NCBI GenBank assembly: GCA_035627655.1
Contig: DASPLI010000001.1
Location: forward strand, 112,991 to 176,990
Length of the DNA stretch: 64,000 nt
Direction: 5' to 3'
From: Minisyncoccota bacterium
GTDB taxonomy: Bacteria; Patescibacteriota; Minisyncoccia; Phycocordibacterales; Phycocordibacteraceae
The position numbers and the translations under genes are program-made. Under the pieces are notes generated by a model. That model ran no database searches. It was not told where the DNA came from and saw only the letters and a program-made list of their open reading frames with translations. How positions within the stretch are numbered: position 1 is the first letter of the stretch; each line of letters begins with the position of its first letter. Below are positions 39,788-49,368 of the stretch, one piece after another.

Positions 39788-41080
39788 TTAGGCGAATGAT
39801 TCCGGAACCGGATGCGCAAGCGCAAGTGTACGCACCTCTTCCCGCATGGAAGCCGGATCTTTAGTACGCAATGCCTCAACAATGAGCTCCGCCACCCGGG
39901 CACTCTCCTTCTCTTTAAAGCCGCGCGTCGTAATCGCCGGCGTGCCAAGTCGAATACCCGATGGATCAAATGCCTTCCGCTCGTCGTTAGGAATCGTATT
40001 TTTATTCAGCGTAATGCCTGCTGCATCGAGCAACGTCTCGGCCTCGCCGCCAGAAAGTCCAAGCGAGCTCTGCACATCAAGAAGCAAGAGATGGTTATCA
40101 GTACCGCCGGCAATCATGCGAATGCCACTTGCGCGGAAAACGTCTTCCATCGCCTTTGCGTTCTTCACGACTTGCGCAGCATAGTCTTTAAAGGAAGGAT
40201 CAAGCGCTTCTTTAAAGCACACTGCCTTCGCTGCGATTTGATGCATATGCGGACCGCCCTGAAGGCCTGGAAAAACGGAGCGATCAATCAACGTCGGCAG
40301 GTTTTCGATCGTCTTCTCCGGCGCCTTAAGGGGGCTTGAGACAATTCCCTTCGAAAGGATCATGCCGCCGCGCGGACCTCGGAGCGTCTTGTGCGTGGTG
40401 GTCGTCATGATATGGAATCCATGTTCAAGCGGATTTTCTGCCACGCCGCCGGCAATAAGGCCTGCTGTGTGTGCAACATCCGCCATCGCCACCGCACCAA
40501 CCTCGCGCGCAATGTCCGCAATCTTCTTCCAATCTAGTTCACGCGGATACGCGGAAAAACCCGCGAGTATAAGCTTTGGCTTCTCCTGCTGTGCGAGCGC
40601 CCGCAGCGCTTCATAATCGATCGCTCCCGTATCAACATCGCTCATGCCATAGCGGACGAAGCGGAAGAGTTTTGCCATGTAGGTTACCGGAGCACCATGA
40701 GTCAGGTGTCCGCCGTGCGAGAGATCCATACCAAGAACCGTGTCCCCCGGCTCAAGCCAGGAAAAGTACGCTGCGATATTCGCTGCCGCTCCACCAAGCG
40801 GCTGGACGTTTGCATGGTCGGCGCCAAACAATTCCTTGGCGCGTGAAATCGCGAACGTTTCAACCTGATCGGTGTACTCCTGGCCGCCGTAGTAACGCTT
40901 CCCCGGGTATCCTTCCGAGTACTTGTTCGTCATCACACTCCCCATCGCCTCGCGGACTGCACGCGAGACGTAGTTTTCAGACGGGATAAGCTCAAGACCC
41001 TCGCGTTCGCGCGTCTCCTCCCCCATAAGAGTCTCGTATACGTCCGGGTCTTCTCCCTTCAGGTGAGCATAGGGGTCCAT
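39788..41080 (-). CDS. glyA: Serine hydroxymethyltransferase
   Basis: LIPSEN, KYSEGYPGKRYYGG, HGGHLTHG, TTTHKTLRGPRGG. True start is ATG 41080. Confidence 0.98.
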   Translation of the reverse strand: MDPYAHLKGEDPDVYETLMGEETREREGLELIPSENYVSRAVREAMGSVMTNKYSEGYPGKRYYGGQEYTDQVETFAISRAKELFGADHANVQPLGGAAANIAAYFSWLEPGDTVLGMDLSHGGHLTHGAPVTYMAKLFRFVRYGMSDVDTGAIDYEALRALAQQEKPKLILAGFSAYPRELDWKKIADIAREVGAVAMADVAHTAGLIAGGVAENPLEHGFHIMTTTTHKTLRGPRGGMILSKGIVSSPLKAPEKTIENLPTLIDRSVFPGLQGGPHMHQIAAKAVCFKEALDPSFKDYAAQVVKNAKAMEDVFRASGIRMIAGGTDNHLLLLDVQSSLGLSGGEAETLLDAAGITLNKNTIPNDERKAFDPSGIRLGTPAITTRGFKEKESARVAELIVEALRTKDPASMREEVRTLALAHPVPESFA

Positions 41081-41125
41081 AGTGTGCTCATCATACTCAT
41101 CAAACCTATAGAAAGAAAAGGTTAT

Positions 41126-42130
41126 ATGCTGGAATCTATGCACGAACCCCTGAAGCCCGTACGGAAGATTGGACCCCTCTTCGTATCTGAACGCTTCAAA
41201 GACATGAAGGATCCCTGCATCTGTTTTGATGGCACCACGTGGCACATCTTCGGTTCCGGCGGAGACACCCGTCCGGAAGTGTGGCAAATCCTTCATGCAA
41301 CCGCGCCGCATATAGAAGGACCGTGGACTGAAGTGGAACCGGCAAAACTGCGCGGAGCAGACGGTCCGCATGTTGCGGCCCCTTCGGTCGTGTTTGATCC
41401 AGAGGATCGCCTCTTTCATATGGCGGTGCAAAAAGATTTCATGTCTATCGGCGGCGACATCACGTACCTTGCGTCTGCAGACGGACATACGTTTACGAAA
41501 ATGCGCACTCTGGTGCGCCCGCGCGGCTCTTCCGAAGCGGGACTCTATGATCCGCAACTCTCGCTCATACGCGGCAAAAAATATCTAGTCTACTCCGGAA
41601 TACCGAAGCGACTCGTGGAAGACGTGCCGATCATTCCGCAGCCGGACGTGTATCTAGCACGCAGCATTACCGATCAGTGGTCAGGTCCGTGGAAACGGAT
41701 CGGAAAGATTCTCGACCACGAAGATATTGCGTGGCACCACAACCGTCGCGAGTTTCCGGATTACGAATGGGGTATCGAAGGTCCGCAGATCGTTGAGCTT
41801 CCCGGCGGACGTATGCTCTTAAACGCAACCTGCTTTATGGAAGAAGGTCCGCGCGGAACGCGGCAGCGCGTATTCTTCGCAGTAGCTGATAACGTCGACG
41901 GGCCGTACCAAAGCCTCGGTCCGGTGCTCACAGATCGAAGCGAGGAATGGGAGAGCGGTGAGAACGGACACGCGAGCGCGTGGGTTGAAGGAGACGAGCT
42001 CTATCTCTTCTATCAGGCGCGCTCCATTACCAACCCTATTCCGGTTGAAAACCGGTGGTACTACGGCATTGCCGTATACCGCGTCAAAGACATTCTTGAG
42101 AAAGCAGAGGCGCCTATTGTCGCCGCTTGA
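41126..42130 (+). CDS. Five-bladed beta-propeller glycoside hydrolase (GH43/GH32 clan-like)
   Basis: KDPCI, AAPSV, YDPQL, EGPQI and GH blade motifs. Confidence 0.75.
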   Translation: MLESMHEPLKPVRKIGPLFVSERFKDMKDPCICFDGTTWHIFGSGGDTRPEVWQILHATAPHIEGPWTEVEPAKLRGADGPHVAAPSVVFDPEDRLFHMAVQKDFMSIGGDITYLASADGHTFTKMRTLVRPRGSSEAGLYDPQLSLIRGKKYLVYSGIPKRLVEDVPIIPQPDVYLARSITDQWSGPWKRIGKILDHEDIAWHHNRREFPDYEWGIEGPQIVELPGGRMLLNATCFMEEGPRGTRQRVFFAVADNVDGPYQSLGPVLTDRSEEWESGENGHASAWVEGDELYLFYQARSITNPIPVENRWYYGIAVYRVKDILEKAEAPIVAA

Positions 42131-42187
42131 CCTCCCCCGCTCCCCACGTAGGATGAGCGAGGAAACCTCAACCACAAGGAGTGTCCT

Positions 42188-43075
42188 TTGCAGGATTTCT
42201 ACAAACCGCTCTCCGAGCGGACACCAGACACTCAGTATCAAGACCGGCTCCGGTTCATTCTCGAGCATGGCGAACTGCTGAGTGAAACGCCACAGGATGT
42301 CGGGGCGATCACCTGCTTCGACACGCTGCCACAAATGGTCTTTGACCTTGCAAACGGCGTGCCGCTCATTACCGAGCGAGACTGCAGCAAGTTCTGGCGC
42401 AAGGCAGTCGCGGAAATCATCGCGTTTATAAACGGCGCGCGCACTATCGACGACATCGAGTCGTACGGGTGTGATTTCTGGAAAGACTACCGAAGGAAAG
42501 GGACGAAGCTCGGGCTTGCGCCTGATGATCTTGGTCCCGGCTCCTACGGCGCGGCTTTCCACGACTTTCCGATGCCAGACGGCGGGACGTTCAATCAATT
42601 CGCAAACGTGATTGAGCAGATCCGCAGCTACCCCAACATGCGGTCGTTTCGGATCCATCCCTGGGTCCCCTACTACGCTGTTCGTGGTCCTGGCCGCAAG
42701 GTCGTTGTGACTCCCTGTCACGGTTGGCTGCACTTCCGGGTGATGAACGGTCGGCTCAACATGGGTATGCGGCAGTATTCCGCTGACATGCCCATCGGCG
42801 TGCCGTCGAACATGATCCAGTACGCGGCGTTGCTCTTGATGATGGCGCAAGTGACCGGCTATCAGCCGGGCAAATTCAGCCACAGCTTCAGCGACGCGCA
42901 TATCTACGAGAATCAGGTGGAGAAGGTTCGCGAACTTATCGAACGCAAACCGCGCCCCTTCCCGATTCTCCGCGTCGACCCGTCGATCACGGATCTCTTC
43001 GCTTTTCGCGTAGAGCACTTCGAAATCGAAGAGTACGATCCGCACAAGGGCATGAAGATTCCCTACGCGCCCTAA
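42188..43075 (+). CDS. thyA: Thymidylate synthase (divergent)
   Basis: PCH catalytic Cys, SADMPIGVPSN, DAHIYENQ. TTG start with AAGGAG SD and promoter TTGACC-16-TAGGAT. Confidence 0.9.
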   Translation: MQDFYKPLSERTPDTQYQDRLRFILEHGELLSETPQDVGAITCFDTLPQMVFDLANGVPLITERDCSKFWRKAVAEIIAFINGARTIDDIESYGCDFWKDYRRKGTKLGLAPDDLGPGSYGAAFHDFPMPDGGTFNQFANVIEQIRSYPNMRSFRIHPWVPYYAVRGPGRKVVVTPCHGWLHFRVMNGRLNMGMRQYSADMPIGVPSNMIQYAALLLMMAQVTGYQPGKFSHSFSDAHIYENQVEKVRELIERKPRPFPILRVDPSITDLFAFRVEHFEIEEYDPHKGMKIPYAP

Positions 43076-43142
43076 GTGCCGAAGCGCCCCCATCACTGGG
43101 GGCGCTTTTGTATAACCAACTACTGCTGCGTATACTCCATGC

Positions 43143-43625
43143 ATGCCCAAGAAACAGCAGGGGTCCGTATATATGCCACATGCGCGCACTGAGGCGCAGC
43201 GGGAAAACATGAAGCGTATCCGTAAAGACAAGGTCGATCCGTTTGACTGGAAGCATGTCGAGCGCTACCACACCGAACCGATTCTCAAGAAAGGTCGTTA
43301 CTGGCTCATTACCCCAAACGACTATCCGTACGAAGGTACTTCCCTCCACCTGCTACTTATCTATAAGAAAGACGTGCGTCTCCCGTCTGAAACCGCGCCG
43401 CAAGCTTGGCCTGAGCTTCGGCATCATATCGCGTGGATTGAGAAAACATACAAGGTCAAAGGCGGCAGTCTTCTGATGCGGTTTGGTGATCCTTCGATGA
43501 CTGGCGGCAGTGTGCACCACCTGCATCTCCATGTGATTGTCGGTGGCAAGCGACGAGCTGGAGCAGAAAAGCTCAAGGTAACGGCTGGTTACCAGGCAAA
43601 AAAGAACGTGCGGCGCCCCCGTTAG
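43143..43625 (+). CDS. HIT family nucleotide hydrolase
   Basis: NDYPY...HLLLI...GGSVHHLHLHVI (HxHxH triad). Confidence 0.88.
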   Translation: MPKKQQGSVYMPHARTEAQRENMKRIRKDKVDPFDWKHVERYHTEPILKKGRYWLITPNDYPYEGTSLHLLLIYKKDVRLPSETAPQAWPELRHHIAWIEKTYKVKGGSLLMRFGDPSMTGGSVHHLHLHVIVGGKRRAGAEKLKVTAGYQAKKNVRRPR

Positions 43626-43640
43626 GGAACACCGCACGTA

Positions 43641-44486
43641 TTACACGACGCGAATCAACTCCACGCCCGCCGCTTCAAGCGTCGAGGCGCTTTCAAGCCT
43701 CGAGTAGCCTTGGCGGAAGAACAGTCGTTTGATTCCTGCCTCCTTGAGACCTTCTGCGCACGGCACGCACGGAAAGTGCGTGACATATGCGTCGGTTCCA
43801 AGAAGCGAGACGCCGGCGCGCGCTGCCTGGGATACCAGACTGCGCTCTGCATGCAAGACGAGCGTATCGTCCGTGCCTTCTCCGCGCGAATACAAGCTAC
43901 GCGGGTCGCCAAGAACATTGACGATGTCGGGGTCCGGCACGGCCTTGTTCCAGGCGGTAAACAACGGGACGCCGTCGCGAGCAACAAGCGCGCCGACCTG
44001 TAGCCACCAATCGTGGCTTCGGTACGTTTGTTCTTCCGCATGGCGCATCAGAATCAGATGTGCCTCATCGGAAGTCACGCATGCGGATTCGGGAACCGGA
44101 TCCACGCGCGCAACGCCCTTGCGGTCATACCGCAGTCGAAGCGAGCCGTCGTACGTCACTGGAACGCCCGGGAAGAATCGCTCCGCAGCAAGGACAGAGA
44201 TGTCCTCGTCTGGCGCGACAATCTCGTCAGGATGGCCTGGGTCATTCGGATCCAGAAGTTTCGAGGACGCAAACAACCCAAGCGCTCCGACGAAGTACCG
44301 AGTAAGATCATCCGGTATGGCACGAATTGCTTTGTCTTTCTTGAGCACATACGCAGCTTCGGGCCCGAGGGCCGAAAGCGCGTCCGCGCCCAGCAGACGG
44401 CAGTGCGTGTCGTTGTACTTGTGCTTCTCGAAGAAGTCCAAGTAGCCGCGATGCAGCACCGGCATATAGAGGAGGAGGAACTTCAT
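43641..44486 (-). CDS. dCMP-deaminase-like zinc enzyme with N-terminal extra domain
   Basis: QVGALV, HAE and THFPCVPC motifs. N-terminal YMPVLHRGY. ATGA overlap with the upstream gene. Confidence 0.85.
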   Translation of the reverse strand: MKFLLLYMPVLHRGYLDFFEKHKYNDTHCRLLGADALSALGPEAAYVLKKDKAIRAIPDDLTRYFVGALGLFASSKLLDPNDPGHPDEIVAPDEDISVLAAERFFPGVPVTYDGSLRLRYDRKGVARVDPVPESACVTSDEAHLILMRHAEEQTYRSHDWWLQVGALVARDGVPLFTAWNKAVPDPDIVNVLGDPRSLYSRGEGTDDTLVLHAERSLVSQAARAGVSLLGTDAYVTHFPCVPCAEGLKEAGIKRLFFRQGYSRLESASTLEAAGVELIRVV

Positions 44487-45073
44487 GCGCCCTCCTCCCC
44501 CACCAGCTCGCGCTCGATTTCGTTGACGGTTGCGCGAATCCGTTCGAGATTCGGCAAGAGCGTCTCCGTCTGCAAGCGTCGGAACTGTGCGCTCGTCGAC
44601 GTGGTGGCTTGCGACTGCAGGTTTTCGATCTTTCCGCAGTACTGCAGCAGTTCGGCCTGTGTCGCTTCGTCGTAGCCAGTCCGTTCCGAAATGACGAGCA
44701 CATCGGGACGAACCAGCTTGATGAGTCCCCACTTTTCGCCGCCACCATCCTTGATCGTGATGATGTCAGCATAGCGAGTGTGAGCGATCATTTCCGCGCG
44801 CTCGAGTTCAGGGATGATCGGACGATACTTCCCCTTGCGCGCGCGGACTTTTGCATCCGAGTCGATGCCGACGATGAGAAAGTCACCCAGCATGCGCGCG
44901 GCATGCAGGTAGCGCATGTGTCCGATGTGCGGCAGATCGAAACTGCCGGACGTCAGCACAAGCTTGGCTTTGAGCGCCTTGAGCGCTTCAACTTTCTGCA
45001 ACAGATCGGCTTCGTCGAGGATGAGTCTGCTTTCCATCGCCGCATCATCGGCGAAGATAGAGCCGCGCTTCAT
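44483..45073 (-). CDS. HIGH-family cytidylyl/adenylyltransferase (RfaE-II/TagD-like)
   Basis: SGSFDLPHIGH, LIVGIDSD, KGKYRPI and STS motifs. Confidence 0.9.
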   Translation of the reverse strand: MKRGSIFADDAAMESRLILDEADLLQKVEALKALKAKLVLTSGSFDLPHIGHMRYLHAARMLGDFLIVGIDSDAKVRARKGKYRPIIPELERAEMIAHTRYADIITIKDGGGEKWGLIKLVRPDVLVISERTGYDEATQAELLQYCGKIENLQSQATTSTSAQFRRLQTETLLPNLERIRATVNEIERELVGEEGA

Positions 45074-45208
45074 GAGAGTCTCCTTTCATGTCTAAGAACG
45101 GTCTGCGCGGATGGTAGCACAGGCAGCAACGTCCGCTACTTGCGCATGGAAAAATGCGTGTCGAGATAGGTGTGGTAAGGTCAAACCAGACAACCACGGA
45201 GGTTCTCT

Positions 45209-45709
45209 ATGAGTATCATCACTATGGTAGTCGCCATTGGGGCGACCAATCGCGTCATCGGAAAAGACGGCGGTCTGCCCTGGCCACGAATCAAGCCAGA
45301 CATGGACCACTTCAAGACGCAGACACTCGGGCATCCGGTCCTCATGGGCCGGAAGACTTGGGAATCACTGCCGCAAAAGTTTCGACCGCTTCCTGGACGC
45401 ACCAACATCGTCATCACCCGCGCTACAGACTATGAGGCTGTTGGCGGCATCGTGGCGAACAACCCGAGTCAAGCACTTGCGCTTGCAGAGACCGCGCCTG
45501 GCGGAGACGAGGTTATGGTGATCGGCGGCGCTGAAATATACAACGCGTTCCTGTCGGTCGCTCATCGCCTCATTCTTACCAAGGTCCATGGCGACTGGGA
45601 CGGCGACACGTACCTTGCGCCGTACGAAGAAGATTTCACACGGCAAACGAGTTATCGCGAACTCACCGGCGATCACCCGCGGCTTGAGTTCGTCACACTC
45701 GAACGCTAA
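45209..45709 (+). CDS. folA: Dihydrofolate reductase
   Basis: IGKDGGLPW, MGRKTWES, RPLPGRTN and IGGAEIY motifs. Confidence 0.96.
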   Translation: MSIITMVVAIGATNRVIGKDGGLPWPRIKPDMDHFKTQTLGHPVLMGRKTWESLPQKFRPLPGRTNIVITRATDYEAVGGIVANNPSQALALAETAPGGDEVMVIGGAEIYNAFLSVAHRLILTKVHGDWDGDTYLAPYEEDFTRQTSYRELTGDHPRLEFVTLER

Positions 45710-45747
45710 GCAACAAATAGCCGGAGCAGATGCTCCGGCTATTTCTG

Positions 45748-46470
45748 TTACTGCGGCTCGAGTCCTTCGAGCATCTCAAAGCAGCGGTCAATGAGTGCCG
45801 GGTCTGCTCCAGCCGGAACAACGAACTTCTCTCGAGCGCGTTTGAGAATATCCTCCCATACCATGCGACTGGCGGCGCGTCGTGCGCTATCCCGTTCGCC
45901 TCCCGGCTCAAGCTCCCAGTGTTCTTTACGAAACCGGTCTCGGTAGGCGTTGAGCGCCTCCTGGGAATCTTTGCTTTTGAGCTCTGTGACTGCCGCCTTC
46001 AATACTGCGCGCAGTTCGTGAAGTGGAAACTCTGGTCGGGTAAGGCCTTCAGTAATGAAAGTGTGAACATCCGCATCATTCGACGTATACACCCGTTCGC
46101 TAATGGAAGCCGCGTTGAGCAGAAACAGCAGTACCTCTTCGATCTTATACTTCCCCGCCTCATGAATGAAGCGCATATGGTCGAGCGTTATCGGCACCAT
46201 ATATTCCCGATCCTCTTTGGGAATGTATGCATCGTGTGCGCGTCGTGCGCGTTCAAGCATGTGTTCTGCCCGCTCGTCAGAGAGTTCTTCGGTCAGATAC
46301 TGGCCAACAAGATTGACATAGTCGTCTTGCGAAAGAAGTGCGTTTAGAACCAACGTGTCGGCCATGTAATCAGCTTGTGGAAACCGCAGCATGCCGTAGA
46401 GCTCCTGCTGGAGCACTAAGTCCATGCCGGTGAGTGGCGGCTGTTCCCCTCCTCCTTCAAGATGCTTCAT
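45748..46470 (-). CDS. Hypothetical helical protein
   Basis: Long ORF with protein-like composition downstream of rplK. No motif recognised and the start is uncertain. Confidence 0.65.
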   Translation of the reverse strand: MKHLEGGGEQPPLTGMDLVLQQELYGMLRFPQADYMADTLVLNALLSQDDYVNLVGQYLTEELSDERAEHMLERARRAHDAYIPKEDREYMVPITLDHMRFIHEAGKYKIEEVLLFLLNAASISERVYTSNDADVHTFITEGLTRPEFPLHELRAVLKAAVTELKSKDSQEALNAYRDRFRKEHWELEPGGERDSARRAASRMVWEDILKRAREKFVVPAGADPALIDRCFEMLEGLEPQ

Positions 46471-46516
46471 ATAGTCCGATAGTAGCAAGAAACCGGCTTT
46501 CGCCGGTTTCTGTGTG

Positions 46517-46936
46517 TTACTTCACATCGACACCCATGGAGCGGGCCGTACCTTCGATGATGCGCTCAGCCGCTTCCTGGCTGCCAGCATTCAAGTCCGG
46601 CATCTTCTGCTTTGCGATCTCAGAGACCTGCGCCTTCGTGAGGACACCTGCCTTCTTCGACGGCGTCTTGCCAGAACCCTTCTCGATGCCGAGCATCTTG
46701 AGGATAAGGCGAGATGCCGGCGGAGTCTTAAGGACGAACGAGAAGGTGCGATCTTCGTAGACGGTGAGGTCTACCGGGATGATGTCCCCCATCTTGTCGC
46801 GGGTCGCCTCGTTGAACTTGTTTACGAAGTCACCAATGTTGACGCCTGCAGGACCAAGCACGGTACCAACCGGCGGCGCAGGGGTTGCCTTGCCTGCCGG
46901 GATCTGGAGCTTAATTTTCTTTACAACTTTTGCCAT
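46517..46936 (-). CDS. rplK: 50S ribosomal protein L11
   Basis: [11 protein letters not shown] and GTARSMG motifs. Confidence 0.98.
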   Translation of the reverse strand: MAKVVKKIKLQIPAGKATPAPPVGTVLGPAGVNIGDFVNKFNEATRDKMGDIIPVDLTVYEDRTFSFVLKTPPASRLILKMLGIEKGSGKTPSKKAGVLTKAQVSEIAKQKMPDLNAGSQEAAERIIEGTARSMGVDVK

Positions 46937-46958
46937 AGGAATGTCTTAGGACTCTAAA

Positions 46959-47528
46959 TTACAGCTTGCGAATCTGCAAGAAATCGAGCTCCACGGGCGT
47001 CTCCCGTCCGAACATCGATACCAGCACCTTCACCTTGCCACGTTCTTCATCAATTTCGCCCACCTTGCCCTCAAGGTCCTTGAATGGTCCGTCGTTGATG
47101 ACGACCGGATCATCCTTCATAAGGTCAATGCGGTGCTTCGGTGCTTCTGCATCCATGCGCTTCATCAGGGTCGCAACCTCTGCCTCTTCCATCGGAACAG
47201 GTGTGGTGCCGGAACCCACGAAGCCGGTGACGCGCGGCGTGTTGCGCACAACGAACCACGAATCCTCATCCACGATCATCTTTACGAGGATGTAGCCCGG
47301 ATAAATCTTCTCCTCTTCAACGATGCGCTTGCCGCCCTTTACGCGAACTTTCTTCTCAGTCGGAACGACGACTTCGAAAATCTTGTTCTGCATGCCCAGG
47401 GACTCAATACGCTGCTTGAGGTTGCGTTCGACGGCATTCTCATAGCCGGCGTACGTGTGAATGGTGTACCAACGCGGCTCTGCAGACGCTGCGTTTTCAT
47501 CAAACTGCGGTGCGGTGCGTGTATCCAT
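46959..47528 (-). CDS. nusG: Transcription factor NusG
   Basis: YPGYI, VRNTPRVTGFVG, KOW motif, FGRETPVEL. Confidence 0.98.
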   Translation of the reverse strand: MDTRTAPQFDENAASAEPRWYTIHTYAGYENAVERNLKQRIESLGMQNKIFEVVVPTEKKVRVKGGKRIVEEEKIYPGYILVKMIVDEDSWFVVRNTPRVTGFVGSGTTPVPMEEAEVATLMKRMDAEAPKHRIDLMKDDPVVINDGPFKDLEGKVGEIDEERGKVKVLVSMFGRETPVELDFLQIRKL

Positions 47529-47533
47529 ACGAA

Positions 47534-47716
47534 TTAGATGATGAAACTACCGACCAAATTCGTCAGCAGGTAGTCGAGCACGCCGATAAACACCGCCACG
47601 AATGCGGAAATCACAATGATGAGAATGGTGTGCTGCACCGCCGTTTTTGGCGCTGGCCAGACAACATGCTTGAGCTCACCGCGCACATTCTTGAGATAGG
47701 TAATGAGACTGTTCAT
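47534..47716 (-). CDS. secE: Preprotein translocase SecE
   Basis: ELKHVVWP plus one TM helix, upstream of nusG. Confidence 0.95.
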   Translation of the reverse strand: MNSLITYLKNVRGELKHVVWPAPKTAVQHTILIIVISAFVAVFIGVLDYLLTNLVGSFII

Positions 47717-47834
47717 GGCGGGTTATTTAAAAACGCCCCTGGGGCGCTTATGTCCGTAGTATACCAGAGCCCTTTTGGGCGTCAATGACAAGGGCCGCCG
47801 CGATAGTATGCGGCGGCCCCAGGAGCCCGAATGC

Positions 47835-48356
47835 TCAGCTTTGCGCAGAAGAAGCGTTTGCGTCGGCGGCCGGTTCGACCGGCTTGGCCTTCGCCTTTTT
47901 CTTCTTCTTTCTCGACAGCGACCCGAAGCGGGCTTTCGCCTGCGCCTCAAGCTCGGGGGTGAGATCCCCGTGCTTTTTGGCTTGGCGGAAGACGTTCTTC
48001 GCCTGCCCCATCAGATTCAGGGGCAGTTTGCCGGTGCCGGTGATCCGGAGGATCGCGCGCAAGGCGTGTTGACAGTCCGTCGCCGGAGTGTCCTTCGTCG
48101 CGTTGTTGAGATAGTCGACGGCCCCGTAGAACGAGGCGACGACGCTCTCCGGACGACGCTTCTGCTGCTTCGGCGCAGGACGATCATTATCGACGACGAC
48201 CGAGAGATGGTCGGCCTTCGACTTGCGCGTCCGCTGCTTCGCCGTTTTCGGGCGAGGCGCGGCAGCGAGATCGACCGGCGCACCGGAGCGAACAGCGGCG
48301 AGCACGGCGGCTGAGCGAGGATCGAGAAACTCTGTGAGAGCGAAGGGTTGAGTCAT
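47835..48356 (-). CDS. Basic (Lys/Arg/Ala-rich) hypothetical protein
   Basis: AAGGAG SD, promoter TTGACA-17-TATAGT at 48412-48440, hairpin downstream. Confidence 0.65.
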   Translation of the reverse strand: MTQPFALTEFLDPRSAAVLAAVRSGAPVDLAAAPRPKTAKQRTRKSKADHLSVVVDNDRPAPKQQKRRPESVVASFYGAVDYLNNATKDTPATDCQHALRAILRITGTGKLPLNLMGQAKNVFRQAKKHGDLTPELEAQAKARFGSLSRKKKKKAKAKPVEPAADANASSAQS

Positions 48357-48489
48357 TTCCGTATGTCTCCTTCCACAGAATCAGGTGAAACTATTTCACC
48401 CTCTGTCTAATACTATATCATAATCAATATATAATGTCAAGAATACAAAAACAGCCCCATACGGGGCCGCTTTTGTGTACGAGAATCGT

Positions 48490-49287
48490 TTAGTGAATCT
48501 CGAACGTGACTGATACCGAGACGGTAGTCTCCTGTTCTCCGGTCGGGAGTGATGGAGCGGATTGTGCAACTTCCATCATGCCTGCACCTCCCTTCCCGTC
48601 GTAGCCGTACATAGGATACGGACCGGTGTTCTCGTAGAAGGAAACGACTTTGCCGAGGCGAACACCGAGCTGGTCGGCAAGCGCTTCTGCTTTTGCCTTA
48701 GCGTTCTCAATTGCTTCTTCGCGAGCAACGTTCTTAATTGCATCGTCCTCGTCAACAGTGAAGTTCGGACCGTAGACGTTCTGTACGCCGAGGCTTCCAA
48801 GTGCCTGAAGGACGTCTCCAGCTTTCGTCGTGTCATGCACCTTCACGTCGACAGTCTGCGATACCTGATAACCCGTAATGCGCGGCGCACTCATCGGGCA
48901 GTAGGTTCCGTAGCACGGCGGCACTGTTGCGTATTCCGGCGAGATTGAGTACGAGGTGGTCTTCAGATCCTTCTCTTCAATGCCGAGATTCTCCATTGTG
49001 GCGAGCGCAGCATCCGTCTTTGCGGTTGCTTCTGCCTGCGCCTCAGCAACGGTCGGTGCGGTTTCAAAAACCGTGAAGCTTACCGTGGCGAGGTTTGGAA
49101 CCATGGTGCCCGTTCCCGTACCCTCAACCGTAATGGTGTTGGTGTAGGACGTGTAGCGACCAAGGTTACCGATCTGATGAATAGTAAGGACGAGGAGGAA
49201 GAGCGCGAGCAGGGACAGCGCTGCCGCAGCGGCATAGCGTACCGGCTTGGTTGCCTTCAAAAACGTCTCAGCGAATGATTCTTGCAT
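48490..49287 (-). CDS. SIMPL (DUF541/BP26) domain protein
   Basis: ITVEGTG...PNLA, EAIENAKAKAEALADQLGVRLG. Confidence 0.9.
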   Translation of the reverse strand: MQESFAETFLKATKPVRYAAAAALSLLALFLLVLTIHQIGNLGRYTSYTNTITVEGTGTGTMVPNLATVSFTVFETAPTVAEAQAEATAKTDAALATMENLGIEEKDLKTTSYSISPEYATVPPCYGTYCPMSAPRITGYQVSQTVDVKVHDTTKAGDVLQALGSLGVQNVYGPNFTVDEDDAIKNVAREEAIENAKAKAEALADQLGVRLGKVVSFYENTGPYPMYGYDGKGGAGMMEVAQSAPSLPTGEQETTVSVSVTFEIH

Positions 49288-49368
49288 GGTGTTTATATTA
49301 ATTTGTGGTCTTCATGGTAGCACGACGCTTCTAACGCCCATTTGTGACAAAGTGCTATCCTAATGCCT

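Noticed and set aside
41081-41557. Long N-terminal extension of GlyA in the ORF track (similar cases at 4087-4482, 44487-44732, 57357-57593)
   Set aside because: Upstream in-frame starts overlap other genes. Family homology begins at the downstream ATG.
41819-43231. 470-aa minus-strand ORF (also 30723-31706, 16163-17095, 8741-9625, 54724-55569, 57559-58359)
   Set aside because: Antisense shadows of better-supported genes (thyA, glyQS, surface protein, TIM barrel, coiled-coil gene, pilM), with no motifs or start signals.
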